From assembly GCA_045837725.1 (NCBI GenBank), contig JBEWZL010000163.1, positions 310,001 through 374,000 of the forward strand: 64,000 bases of DNA. Direction: 5' to 3'. The notes under the pieces are model-generated. The model was not told where the DNA came from. It searched no databases and was given only the letters and a program-made list of their open reading frames with translations. How positions within the stretch are numbered: the stretch's first letter is position 1; every line of letters begins with the position of its first letter. This stretch comes from Vermamoeba vermiformis (taxonomy: Eukaryota). Position numbers and translations under genes: made by a program. Shown one piece after another: positions 10,958 through 24,894 of the stretch.

Positions 10958-13540
10958 ATGAGTGGCATGGAAGAAATTGACGGCGATTGGGACGCTGCGC
11001 CTGACGTATTTTTGGAATACTTTACAGAGTAAGTTGGGCCTTTGAGGAATTATATTTTTTGAAAATCCAGAGATTTGAAATTTTAAGACTGTAATAGTCC
11101 TTATTAATCATCAATTGTAATTTGCATCAATTATTTCGGTATTAATAATGCAAATTATTGCAGCGCTGATCCGCAAGGAGGAGGCCAGCCACACATGATC
11201 GACTATCACAATCCGCAACCAGACGTGATGTATAATGGACAACAAGGTCACGTACCTATGCAGCAGTTTACTGGTGGTGCTTCAAATGCCGCGTTACAAC
11301 AGCAGATGTTACAGCAACAATTGCAATACCAGCTGCAGATTCAACAAATGATGCTGGTAAGTCTCGCATCTAAAACAATATAATATCACTAAATAATTAA
11401 ATATTTATACAAATTAAATATAAATACACACCATGAGGCCAATTTCGTTGGATCGGAAGAATATTAATTAATGACTGGCAACGCTGAAAGTCTTTATTTT
11501 AAGCTAATGGTGCTTATAAATAATACCAAGAATTTATTATAACTCATTGTGCGTAGGCCCAGCAACAATTAGCAGCCAAGGGAGGATCTTTTCCACCAGG
11601 TGCTTCGTTGACCCCTGGCGCGACACCACAAACTCCGACCTCACCGCCCTTTGCGTCCTTCGTGCAAGAGCCCCAAGTACAGTTCACATTGCCCATGCAC
11701 GAGCTGCCGCCCGAACAACCAGCGCCGTTACATCTACTGCAACAGGCCGCTGAAGCGTATGCCGCACAGAATCATCAATTAGAACTACGTAAGTACCGCG
11801 TGGAATTCATTCGCAAATTTGTTTTTGTAGAGTAGTTGCCTAGTATAGTGTAGAATAATAGCGGTTGATTAATATCATGTTTTCGTAGTCAAACAAAAAC
11901 AACGGCAATTACTGTCCAGCAAAGCAGTCTCGCAACAGGACGCAACAGCGATTTTGAACGAACAACTGCAAATTAAGAATTCAATAGACACACAAATACA
12001 AACCATTTCACAGCTGCACGCGAATTTCATTTTGCCGCCGGCAGATCTGACCAAAGTGTATTATTTACACCAAGAATTGCAAGTCCAATTGAAGCAACTC
12101 GAACTTTTGTACAGAGAATTGAACCAAGATACTTCATGGTAAGCTCTTTAAAAAACTTTTAACGTGTTTTTAACAATTAATCTGCATCAGCTACGCCGCA
12201 TTAGTAATTGTGCGCCAACCTTTCCCCGAAGTAATTTCCAAGAACAAACAGTTGACAGATGACGCGTTGTCGGTTAAACTTTTAACTGGAAGCACTGTTC
12301 AAGTTAAATTTGCCTCGCCAGTTAAGTGCTCAATTTTAAACGACGTGCACCAGACTGGCAAAGGAGCTCAACCGAAACCGATTGAAAACGACGAACAGAA
12401 CCTCGATGCGACTACACGAACAGCGCACTTCCCTTTGAAGTTCAACCAGGGCTCACGCAAATCACCAGTCTCGCTGAGGTTTGGCGTGCAAGTGCAGCTG
12501 ACCACGATGAACGGCATGGCCATCAACGCCACTATTGAGAGCCCTGCGACTGAGCCATTCATCGTCATCACGAACGAGTCACAGTGGGAAGATTCAGAAC
12601 AAGTCCTGTTGAGGAAAGATATCTTTGGCGGCATGGTACGGGCACATTTAATCGATCCTTAACGGCCAATCTAACCTCCACTACTCGCAGGTTGAAGTAC
12701 CGTGGCTGCAGTTCTGCAACACTTTGCAGCGACACTTCCTCAAGGCCACGAGACAAGATCCGCTCAAACCAAAACGCGCCTTGTCACGCTTTGATTTCAA
12801 ATATATCCACAGGAAGTTTTTCCGTAAGTATCAGTGCCGTTAGTCAGCGCAGCTAAGCTTTGCAACTATTTATCAGGAGCTAACGGTATCATTTCCTTTT
12901 ATAGAAAAGCCCACATTGAATCAGAAACAGTTCGACGAGTTCTGGTCGTGGTTCGGCAAACACTTGCAAATCGTGCGCTATCAACGACACATCAACCCGA
13001 TGTGGCAGAACGGCCTCTTGTACGGATTCATGACGCGCGAGGAAGTCGACGCAGCACTCAGCAATCAGATCATGGGCACGTTTGTCATTCGATTGTCAGA
13101 ACGTTACTCGGGTCAGCTGGCCATTGCTTTTGTTGGCAGCAACAAGCAGATCCGACACTACCTCGTCGCCCCGAATGACACGGCTGGTGCGAAGAAGACG
13201 TTGCCTGACTTCTTGGCGGAGAGGTATGTCATTGCAGTCCTTAAAATACGAGGTCTATTTATATCTCCGCGTTTGACATTTGCTTTTTGATCATGACGCG
13301 CGTTGACATGTCACGTGTCCTGTATTAGTCTAGGTCCCCTGATTCACTTACTAATCATTGCAATTGTATTACAGACGCGAATTCGCGTACATCTTGCAGG
13401 TCTCATTTGATACCAATGGCCGGCCTATTTTCCGACGTTATCCCAAAGACCAGTGCTTCGCGCAGTATTACTCCCCGCAACACAACATAGAGAAACCTGC
13501 TTCGGATGACGGCTACGAACCCTTAGAGAACGCGATGTAA
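10958..13540 (+). CDS. STAT transcription factor, Dictyostelium (Dd-STAT) type
   Basis: Q-rich N-terminus, coiled-coil, Ig-like segment ([10 protein letters not shown]...[12 protein letters not shown]), SH2 domain ([15 protein letters not shown]...[10 protein letters not shown]) and C-terminal tyrosine motif DDGYEPL. Confidence 0.92.
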
Positions 13541-13998
13541 TATAATAATGCTGTGAGTATAGGAGATATATTTATACTGTGGTTAAGCTTTCTCATCTCA
13601 CATCCGCGACCAATAATTTTTTGATGTATTGCTGCAATAATAAATAGTTGTTGAAATATAAGGGTGGCGTTAAAGTACTTAGCAATTAATAATATCTATC
13701 CGTTGTGCGACGGAATATTATTCGCGCGCCAGTTTATTCCCAATGTGGATTTAGATCCTAAATTCGTTCAGTAAACTCAATCCCAAAGTTAATCCATGAG
13801 ATAATGGCACTTAAGGGTAGTAATAATGACACTATAATATCATACGCGATTTCCGCTTCAGTGCGCTGGTCTCGAGTTTGACGTATTGACAGGTCTCGGC
13901 TAAAACCAGCAGCAGCTAATTTGTTACTGTTTTATCGAAGTTGCAAGAGCACAACACTTGTACTAACCTCGATTATTATACGTCTATAGCATATTACA

Positions 13999-14985
13999 AT
14001 GGGTGGCAAAGCGAGCAAAGCCAAACGAGAGATCGTAATCATTGGATTGGAGTAAGTCTTCGAAAGAGGAAATTAACATCAGTTAAATGATATTTTGATA
14101 CTAAATACTATGATACACGCTATTTACTGCATAATATTAATAATAATGATATTTAGCAATGCTGGTAAAACCACCATCCTGCAGCAAATGAAAGCCTCGT
14201 TAGGTTTGACTGGAGATAAAATTAGCACTATTCCTACGATTGGTTGCAATGTAGAAATTGTAGTGCATAACAAGCAAAAGATGAAAGTGACTGATATGGG
14301 TGGAAAGGAATCGGTTAGTAGAAAATCCACAATTTTTCGGCATTTCTGAACCTAATTGACCAATATATAATATCTAACATGCATGAACATCATTTTTTAC
14401 TAAATATAGGTTGCATGGGATTATTAATGAAATTAAAATAATTAATGACAGCGCGCGAATCTCTTTGACATTTTAGCTTCGTGCGAATTCCTATATTAAT
14501 AGCCCAGCAATATATGAGGCATTATCAATTTATTAACTGCAAATTGTAGAATCGCTCTCTTTGGGAACACAACTACAAAGCAGCAGATGCGATAGTGTTC
14601 GTTATTGACAGCGCAGATCAAGACAGAATTGAAGAGGTCAAAGAAGAAGTTCATAAGATTCTTAAGGACCCTGAATTGCCTGAGGATGTTAAGCTCTTAT
14701 TCTTCGCTAATAAGCAAGACGTCAAGGGCGCTAGCGACACATCCGAATTAAAGCAAAAGTAAGTGGCGCTCAAATACTATTAACTGTCGCTAAATTAGCG
14801 AGACAATATTAAGATCACGGCATACATGACATATCAGTTGCTAATAGAGCATTTAACGCTTTAGGCTTGGTTTGAACGATATTAAAGATCGAGCGTGGCG
14901 CATGGACGGCACAGTGGCTACTGAAGCTACTGGCGTGGCCTCTGGATTGGATTGGCTCGTCGCTGAATTGAAGCGAAAGAGATAA
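13999..14985 (+). CDS. Arf/Arl-family small GTPase (divergent), 4 exons
   Basis: MGG N-terminus (myristoylation Gly2), spliced GLDNAGKTT, TIPTIGCNVE, TDMGGKES, FVIDSAD, FANKQD, GLDWL. Stop TAA at 14983-14985. Confidence 0.92.
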
Positions 14986-15456
14986 GCCCTTTTTAGCTCT
15001 TTTAAGAAAAATTGTTTGGTTTGATCGAGTTCTTAGGGTTGGTTAACGAGTTTATCGTTACCAATCCGATTGAATCAAACAATATTATTTAATATTAGGC
15101 GTATATTTCTATCATTTTATTTTAATTGTATTTGCTTGTACTATAATAAACTTTCATCAACAAATCTGTTAAGGTTCGTTTAACTGAATCACTAATCTGC
15201 AGCTATATGATTACTTACACTATTGCGGTCCTACTTTCGCTTATTTATTGCGATCCGTAGCCTATCTCCGGATTGGCAAATTTAGACTGAAAATCTTTTC
15301 TTTCAGTAGTTTCTTGGGGGTTGTACCGATAAAGCGAATGAAATAGTATACTGACATATGGCAGGGTGATTTTGTGACGTGGCTTTGATTCAAAATCTCG
15401 TGCGTGTTAATGAAATTTTATTCAGAACTTCGATCTCAGTCCACGCACACGAGTCA

Positions 15457-18261
15457 ATGGACAGAAAGAAGGCCAATAATACTGCAAAGAGTCCTGCCAA
15501 GTCTGGGTCGGTCAATAAGCCAACTCCAGTACGCACAGAGATTCCTTTGCCCGAGGATCAAGAAGTTGCCTCATCTTCGTGGCACCAACAGCTAACAGAT
15601 GCGGCTCCACTCATTCTCGCGCGTGTATTATATGGCTTATTATATACTCGTTTCTTATTCCAATGGCTGATACGCGAACACTGGGTAAAAGACATGTTTA
15701 CGACGCCGAGTCTGCAGATCAGTTACCCGCTGTTTGAATGGATCCAGACTTTGCCGCTCGAAGGATTAAATATAATTATGGGTGCCTTATTAGTTGCATC
15801 GATATTCTTTACTATTGGCTTCCTTTACAGGCGTAAGTATAAAATATTAATTTTACGCACGTCTCTATTTGCTCTAATTATTCAACCCAAGTCTATTTTA
15901 TTTTTACTATAATACAATAATTATTTAGAATTAAGTTTTACGCTACAAATCAATTTCACAAAAAGATATTTTACGAGATCCGCACGTTTTCGGTCAGCAA
16001 AGAAATTACTCTTAGTTTATACTAATGCGAATACTTCATATTTAGTATCGAGCTTGGTCATGTTCTTAGCTCACGGCTATTTCTTCCTGTTGGATCGAAC
16101 AAACTACAGCGACACGCATTATTTGTTCTTGATCTGCAACTTTTTGTTCTTTTTGGTCGATGCAAATAGAACTCATTCAGTGGACAATTTTTTCTTCTTT
16201 AAGAACGCTAAATCAGTCGTACCTTATTGGCAAATCTTTGTTTTCCAAATGCAGGTAATTACACTGTTATTACACCTCATGAAATACTAGCAATGTTTGC
16301 ATACTATTATAATACCATAATAATACCTAATAATACTATCCTATAATAATTACTATTGTATATTTATTTGTTTCGTAATTTTACTAATTTTTCGCGCGAC
16401 GTAGTTCTCGATAGTGCTGTTCTATATGGGCCTATCCAAGGCAACCAACGTCGATTGGATTCGCCGTGGCGAGCCAGTCTTAACTAAATTCTTCATGGGC
16501 TCTGCTATGAATCCCTTCATTCGCTTGCCTTTTGTCGCTGAAATAGCCGATGACGAGATGTTGCGAAAGCTCAGGTACATTTCTAACAATATCTAAAGCC
16601 ATAACATGATATTTATATTAATGTACTTGTAGTCTATGGTTCAGCTATGCCATATTCACAACTGAAATGCTCGCAGCACTGGGTCCCTGGTTGACGGATG
16701 TGCTGGGCTCGGGCGTCAAAGTCCTTGCGCTCGTGTCACTTCACATTGCTAACTTTTTGCGCGTTTTGTTGATTGGCGAGTTCGACAATATGTTCTATTT
16801 GATTGCTCTCTCCTCGCTGTTTTGGATCTCGCCGTCTCATTCCCTCGCACTTCTCGAAAACTTCTTCATGGGAAAATTCTTCCGTAAGCACTCATTCTAT
16901 TATAATACGTGAATATGCTAATATGCCTATTATCTATAGCTCAACACATTGCTTCCGAAGCACGAAGCCAGTCAGTACGTGTTACTCGAGCACGTGATTT
17001 GTGACCAATGCAGCACTAACCAGGGTGTTATTTCAGGTCTTCAACAAGTTAGCTTTTGCAGTAGCCGTCGTCTTCTTGTTGATCCAAGTAGCTGCGCCGT
17101 TGAGACCGTTTGTCTATCGTGCACAGGGTGAGTTTCCGAACTGGACTAAAGAGGGCCATTTGTTTTCTTGGCACGAGGATCTGAACGACGATGTAAGTCT
17201 AGTACCTTAATACTACCAGCTTCATGATTATTAATATTATTTCAATTCTTTTAGCATGTTTTGTTGCGATGGGAAGGTGTTGAAATTGGCCAGCGGTACA
17301 CGGTGGCTGGAGTCTCGTCAAAGTCCTCTGACGGCATCAAACTCATTAATGGTCAGGTACGAACAATAAAATGTAATATTTATAATATAGTCTATTCTAA
17401 TACTCGTAATAGAGAAGTCGAGTTTTGCGAGATCCGTTGTCTATTCTTCAAGCAGGCAAGGCCTACGTCAATGCGCTGTTAGAATCGAGAGGTATATTCG
17501 CTGAAAATGTTACTGTCGATGCTTGGAGATCATTGAACGGAAGGTAAGTCAGATCTAACCTTTAAAGTTCAATTTTAATAATAAGTTAATTAGACCGTTT
17601 CAACGGTGGATTAATCCTTCAAAGAATTTGCTCGATTTCAACTACAATATAGCTAAGGGCCATAGCGGATGGTTGTTACAACCGATTTATGAAGCTAATT
17701 CACGAGAATGGTTGAATGACGTGCGATCTGTCAGCGATGCGAATATTAGAAAGAGTTTGGAGACTGTTTTCTTCGCTGATAGACCTGGTGGTGAATTCCA
17801 GCTCAATTTAGCGGAATTGGCGCTGAAAGTAAGCTAAATTTATCATTAATTTAAACGCTGCTGGATCTGCTTTAACTTCTAGACAGCGGAATATTAATGA
17901 CAATATTATTAATAGGCGTCTCTTATGTGCATTAAAGGCAAGGTTGAGGTTGAAGTTCAAACTTCTGAACGAGGAGGCAAGTTAACGATCCGCTGCTCTG
18001 AAATCTAACAAAACGCTTATTTATGATTATTTAAATAGATCCTGAAGTGCATAAAATGAAGGCAGGTGATAAGATCAATATTCCCTTCAACAAATGGCAC
18101 ACGATCCGAGTTGTTGGCGAGGTAAGATCTTTTTGCCGCTACATATAGACCTATCGCGTTGTAATGTCCTAATATCATATTCATTATAGTCCCCTGCACT
18201 ATATGCATACTCGTACAATTACCCATCTCAAGCGCCATTCTCTCAAGCCATAAATATGTAA
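15457..18261 (+). CDS. Vitamin K-dependent gamma-glutamyl carboxylase-like protein (HTTM + GGCX C-terminal region), multi-exon
   Basis: YPLFEWI.LP, IGFLYR, YFFLLDRTNY...YL, VPYWQIFVFQMQ, FYMGLSK..VDW, NWTKEGHLFSW, DAWRSLNGRPFQRWINP, VFFADRPG and a cupin-like end IP..KWHTIRVVGESPALYAYSY. Confidence 0.82.
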
Positions 18262-18516
18262 AGAAAGATCAGATCAGTTAGATCTCGTTCAAAATCCTAT
18301 TTGTCATTATATCTGTACGTTAATTAAATAATATTGCTGCTATACTGTGCTCTTTACGGGCGAACTATGGCTTTGATCGTCAATTGTCGTCAAGTCTGAA
18401 ATAGATCTTTCGATCGACTTTCTGACCTTTACTTTGTGTTTTGGAACGTGGAGTTCACAACAAATTACTATAAATACGTGAATATATATTGATATTCAAT
18501 GCTGAGGATATAAAGG

Positions 18517-20616
18517 ATGAGTACTATCGAAGCGACAAAACAAGATCAAGACGCGAAACGCGATCCGAAATTCATGGACACAGAATCCATTCAAAAGATT
18601 ATAGAAATCGTAAATAATAATAGTAAGTGTATTAATATAATTAGATCGAAATTCTTTAAGCATCGGTCGGTTAAAAATTAATTTTATAATCGCGATCGGA
18701 TCATGAATTATTTACAAAGAAGATTCACCCAAAATAAAACATTGAAATAATTATATTTTTAGAGTGTTGTTATACATATATTAGCGTCTATTAAAGATCT
18801 TCAATGAATTCTGACATTTTATAATTTTTACGGATGTGCCTGCTTGTGTACTAATCCCACCTAAAATAATAGGAACGGCCTCAAATAGTGATAGAAAAAA
18901 TATAGAAGAATTAATAGAGCTATTAAAACAAAGTTTAACTCAGTTAGAAGGTACACTTAAAATAGTTGTTACGCGATCTAATCTTTAAATTCATAATAGA
19001 GCCCCTAATATCACATTCAATGGCAAAAAAAATGTCACTAGCATGTAAGTACTACATAGATACTATTCAAAGCGCGTAGCTCAAGTATTTTAATTTTTGT
19101 AGCGGATCTAGAAGATCTTTCTAAATTCAAATATGAGATAGAAGCCTTGCTACATGATGCTACTATTAAAGATATCATTAAGTGCTGTTATACTATTACG
19201 GTAAGACCTATTCTTCGACTTAACCTGTTTATTAACAAAATTTTTAGTTGGATCCGCTTCACAACCTTAACTCAGCCAAATTAGCCGCAAAAATTACTCC
19301 TATTATGCTAGACACTACAGGTAATACAATATATCAACTTATTATTGTTATTAACGCGTTTAGGCCTGAATTCGTTCGAGCTCATCACCACATCCATCAA
19401 CTGTTCAACATCAATTGCCAGGATAATAGCGCATTATCCTTATTTATTCGAAGTACGTCCTATATATTCTCTTATTATTACTATCACCTACTAACAATCC
19501 TCGAGAATGTTGAACAAGAAAATGGATCCGTTACACAAAGTCCAAATGAGTCAGAAGAGTTATCCAATGAGGAATATAAGACCAAATTCCTCGAAAATAA
19601 GAAAATAATTGAACGACTGCAATATGAGAGCGAGATCAAGTCATCATTGATTGAAGTACTCGTCAACAAAGTAGATGCGCTTGAGAAACAAGAAAAAATC
19701 TCAGCGAATATCTCGGACTTAAGTAAGAGTGATATATCGTACCTTAATTCAAGCGAAGTTGTTAGCGACGATGAAGTAAGTCCGAAAAACAAAACCACAT
19801 CCAACAACCAAATTTTAATATTTTTATTTCTAGAGCCAAAAGAGCGATGAAATGCCTCATATTAAAATCAACGATAATTATTTGAGCAATCCTATTGGTC
19901 AATTGAACGGACACTTGTCGTTGCCTGTATCGCCCATGAAAGTTGATCGTAAGTTGTTTTTTTACCAAATAAGGAAATAATCAATTAAAATTAAGCATTA
20001 AATGTTATATTCGGTAATATAGTATTAATATTGTTTGGCTTTAGAGTCCCAAGATTGGACGATTAAAGAAAAAAAGTACCTCGAACACATCCGCAAGTTA
20101 GAAAATAAGTTGAATTCAACGCAAACTAAAAAAAGAAAAGAAGAAATTGAACGATTGCGAAAGAAATTAGTGGAAAGTGAGCAACAGCGAAGAAGTCTCA
20201 GTAATGACGTCAAAAATTTGCAGAAACAAGTGCAAATAAGTCAACGAAGGTCGTCAATAGGCACAGCATCAAATACTCAAAATAATAATCAGAATAATAA
20301 TTCGAAGAAAAAAGAAAGTCAATCGAGCAGTGCGGATCAGAGTTACGACAGCGTGTCAAAAAGTGACACTTTTGACATAAACATCGAAAAAGCCAAGGAC
20401 AATATTGAAGTGAAGATGCTGACTATAGACGAAGAAGAATATACTAATCTTCAGTATTTGTTGTTCACGTGGATGGTTGTCGCGTTGAAATTGACAGCAA
20501 TGGCTGAGGGCAGATCTCCGCAGAATATTGACAAACAGATGCTGTTCCAACAGGCGATGGACAAGCGGCTTGATTATGCCTCGTGGCCTGCTCTCATTAT
20601 GGAGCATATTAAATAA
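18517..20616 (+). CDS. Hypothetical coiled-coil protein with a compact helical C-terminal domain, multi-exon
   Basis: Exons linked by GT-AG introns, including ORFs 19248..19850 and 20035..20616 (coiled-coil, then LLFTWMVVALKL...LFQQAM...WPALI). No family recognised. Confidence 0.6.
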
Positions 20617-20776
20617 ACCCTCACCTATATGTATATATTTACTTCACCCAAAAGTGACCAGATCCACCAACCGTATTTTTCACGATTCCAACTTTTCTTA
20701 TTATACTCGAATTTGAATACTAAATCATTGCAATATCTTATGGGTAGTTTCGAATCCTCATTTATGAAGCTTTACA

Positions 20777-23700
20777 TTAAAACAACGACACTTGCTTATC
20801 GCGCATTGCTTTCTTGGCCATTTTAGCGACTTTACTCGCTCTTTCTTCGCGCTTTCGTTGCGCTTCATCTGTAATTTGTGCAAGAGCTAAAACAAGCGAA
20901 AACGTCAGTCATATGATTCTTATAAAAACAATAATATTACTACGCGTACCATTCTTAGTAAATATTTGCATGAAGAACAGATCCAATCCTTCTTTTAATT
21001 GTTTTGTCTTAGGTGCTGCTGCTAATCGTTGGAAAACGGCCTAAATAATAGAATATAAGACCTCATTCATATAGACTACATTACTATATCCTTACCATGA
21101 CAGTTTCAACTTCAAAGTCGTTCATCAAAGAGACCATGAAGATCTTGAAGAAAACAATGCCTTTAGGCTCAATGGACTCGAATGAAACGACCTAAATATC
21201 TTATTAGTACGTACTTATAATATAATTGTATTAATAGGAAGTACCTTAAGCATCGCCAAAGAAAGTACATGATGACCGATCAACTGCGCGAGTAAATTCG
21301 CTAAATTTGAAATAGCGCGCAGCTGAAGGTTCTCAAAGTCCTTGAACTTGTCCCAAAATGTAAATTTGAACGTAAACTGAATAATAAGAACAACATTAGT
21401 ACATTGGTCTAATTAATTAAGCCGATCCGAAAAAATACCTTGAAGTTGTGACTATATGAGCACAGTTTCATCGCAAGGTGCGCGTAGAACGGATTAAATT
21501 TCTTTTCCTACAATAATCAGCGAGGTTAGACTTAACTTTCAGTACGCATTTCCTTTTTAGGAAGTTCAAAATAAAATTGATAAAAATTGATTAAATGAAC
21601 ATTAACGTACCATAGAGCAACAGTGGATGATTACGAATACGATTTCTCGCTCTTGTTTGTTCTTGAGACCCAATCTGACTAATTTTTCAAACGCATCCAA
21701 GTAGTCTTCGCTGCCCATAACAATACAAAAAATGGCGCGGCGCACATCCGTGTTCATACGTTGTTTTCTCGCGACTTCTAATAGCTTAGCATCATACTCG
21801 TTCATATTTAGGGTCACTGGGGCTTCTTGTTCAGTAGATCCGCCAATAACACCAGAGCTAGCTCGTGACCATCCGGATCCGATTAACCACCAGCGTCCTT
21901 ATCAAAACGTAAGTATATATCCATCTAAATTACTTTTTATGACACTATGAACCCATTGAAATGGAAAAAGTACTCGACGAAGCGTCGTGTAACGGTTGGG
22001 ATCGAATTCCAAACCGGATCGAGGCTTACCTTTAGTTTCTTCGGCAGTTAAATCTTTCCACGAAATTCTAACTTCGTCAATATTCTCTTTTCCTCGCTGT
22101 TTCATATAATTCTTAATCGTTCGCTTCAAGTTATTCAAGTGGACATTGGCCTCTTTATCAATGACCAATCTCATCTTGTTGTTCTTGAGATCCATGAGCA
22201 TATCAATCATAAAGTCGATTCGCTTGCTCTCTTCAATCTCTTCTTCATTAGTCGTCGTAGTCGGGGCTGCTTTCTTCTTGCTCTCATCTTTTGTCTTTTT
22301 GTCTATTATTCCGATTAACGATACTATTATAGACTCGCTCATATAATGGCTACTTACAATTGCTTGCTTTAGTATACATATTGACAAGCATTTCTTTAAC
22401 TGAGGCCGGATCGTCAGATCTCAATTTGGATCCAGCGTCTGTAGATCAATAGGGTTATTTTACTACTCGATCTGTCTATAGTAACCATATTAATTGCTTA
22501 CGTTTGACTAATACGAGCAACAACTCGATATCCTCTTCGTTAAAATGCTCGATCATAACGTTGGTCAGATCGAACAACAGGCTCGGGTTAATAATCTGAA
22601 ATATAAGCATTAGTATCGAATATACAACTAATAATATAATAATAATGAATACCTCGAAGTTGTACAAATGAATAAAGATGATCAACAAGTTCTTGCAGAG
22701 CTTAGTGTTCTTCTCTTTGTAGAACTGATTGAATCGTTTGGCCAATTTATCGATAAAATGACCACCTGTTACGAATAAATAGTTAAGTATACTATATAAA
22801 CCCATTAAGGTCGATAACAGGATCCAGACAACGTACCGACTTCAATCCCGATCAGACAGTGCAATGAGGCCACGAGTGCACTATAGTTCAACAAGGCATT
22901 GCTAGTAAATAGCAGTGTTGGGTCTGAACAGTCTGCCAGAATGAATTCTGAGAGGGTCTCGTTCATTTCTAAGAAATAATTAGTCATTTATAGGCAGGGT
23001 GTAACTAGAGTATAAGTCGAATGCGTACCGCTACGAGGGTGTTTAGAATACAACTGCTCAATAGCCTCTAAGGTCTTTATCATATTCGTATCAGCAAGTC
23101 TGTTCACGTGACCTCGCAGTTCTCGTTTGTAAGCTTGATTTTGTTCAGTAGCGCGACGCAAGTGAGGTGGAATATATTTCATAGTAGAGCCAGCTGTAGT
23201 AAAGTTATTAGTTCGAACGAAGATTAAGCGAGTGAAGCAATTATTAATCAAATTTGTAACGGGATTTCCAAAAAAGGAAAAAATATAAAATGAATTGTAC
23301 GAGGACAAGGTTGCCTTACCTAAGGTATCGGCATTAACCTTAGTATTCGTAACAGTCTGGTCTTGATTGCTAGTGCTATTTTCATCGCCGTTTTCTGCGT
23401 CATCATCGTCTTCATCCATTTCATCTTCATCCGCTTCTTCATCGCCTTCTTCGTCATCCATATCTTCCTCGTCATTTTCACCATCGCCTTCATCCTCCTC
23501 GTCAAATTCGCCATTTTCTTCATCGCTTTCAAGATCTCGATTTTCATCGTCAAAAGCAGCCAACTCCTCGCTATTAAACTCTCCGTTTTCCTCATCGTCC
23601 ATATTATCGACATCTTCGTTCATATCACCTTCATCCATATCGTCCTCATCTTCGATATTGTCTTCGTCATCTTGCAGATCTTCATCGTCAAAATTTTCTT

Positions 23701-24769
23701 CGTCGAATTCTTGATGCTCTTCATCGCTATCCTCGTCACTATTGCTATTTCCATCGCGAGGAATCTCTTGGGGCCGTTCACTGTCGCTGTCGTATTCAAG
23801 CAACTCCTCCCAATCAAAAGTAGTCTTATCCGTAGGCACTATCTTCTTATTTGTCTTGACTTTATATGCACCGCCTCCAGAAGTAATACCGGCAAGCAAG
23901 TCTATCATTAATAATTAATTTTAAATTTTTTGGTTCGATCTGATTTTGTTATTTTCTTACCATCAAGTCCATCACCGATCTTTCGACCCTTTTTAAGCCC
24001 TAATTTCTTTTCCAACATTCTAAGATCACGTTCATCTTCTTCAGCACGAGTTCTATCGTAGAGTTTGACCAGATCTGACGTGTCTTCTTCTTCGCTAGGT
24101 TCTTCAGACTCAGGCTCGTTCTTATTCAATGATTTTATGAACTTATTTTCTTCTTTAAGCTTTTGCTCTAATTTTTGTTTCTTATTAAGCTGAACGGGCG
24201 GATCTCGTTCAAATTCTCGTTCTTCTGGTTCAGCAGCGAATCTGACCTTCTTCTTTGGCGGTTCTTCAATTGAATCAGCTTCATCGATATCCGAGTCAAT
24301 CTCTTCGTCGTCATCGCGCTTTCGTTTATTGCCAACTTGCGCATCTGAAGAAGTTGCAACAAACTTTCCCATCTGGATCGCGATGCGAAAAATCAGTTTC
24401 GATCAATCTTGATATAAATATTGTTTAATAATTTAATAAAATATAATAGCGCTTAATATCGCTCAAAAAACTGGCTTGATGTCATGATCAGATCGCCAAT
24501 AAAAATTATCAACGTTTTCTTACCTTGCGTAAATGGTGCTGTTGTTTCTTAATTTTTTTCTCTTTTTTGGCCATTTTTCTCTTGGCTTTACGTGTCATTT
24601 GGCCCTTATTTAAGCCAACAAAATTAAATCTGTTTCCAAGCTCAGCATCTTCTTCGGCTTCTTGCTGTCTCTTCTGTGCAACCTCTTCTACGAAGTTAGA
24701 GGGCAATCTAAGTGACTTGAGCACCTTATCAGAGACTCCTTGAGCCTTTTTATTAACGTATGACGACAT
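20777..24769 (-). CDS. NOM1: Nucleolar MIF4G/MA3 domain protein (NOM1/Sgd1)
   Basis: Basic N-terminus, LEKKLGLKK..GDGLD, long acidic tract, KYIPPHLRR, HVNRLADTN, RIDFMIDMLMDLKNNK, GRWWLIGSGW, ARKQRMNTDVRRAIFCIVMGSEDYLDAFEKL, QEREIVFVIIHCC. Confidence 0.92.
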
Positions 24770-24894
24770 CCGTTGATTTCTGTGCGATCCAAAAAAATAA
24801 ATGGCAAAAACCTCGCAAAACAAATTAAATTTGTTGCACAAAGGAAGACCAAGGCTGTATATATTTATCAATTAATTATCGGACCTAATCCCCA

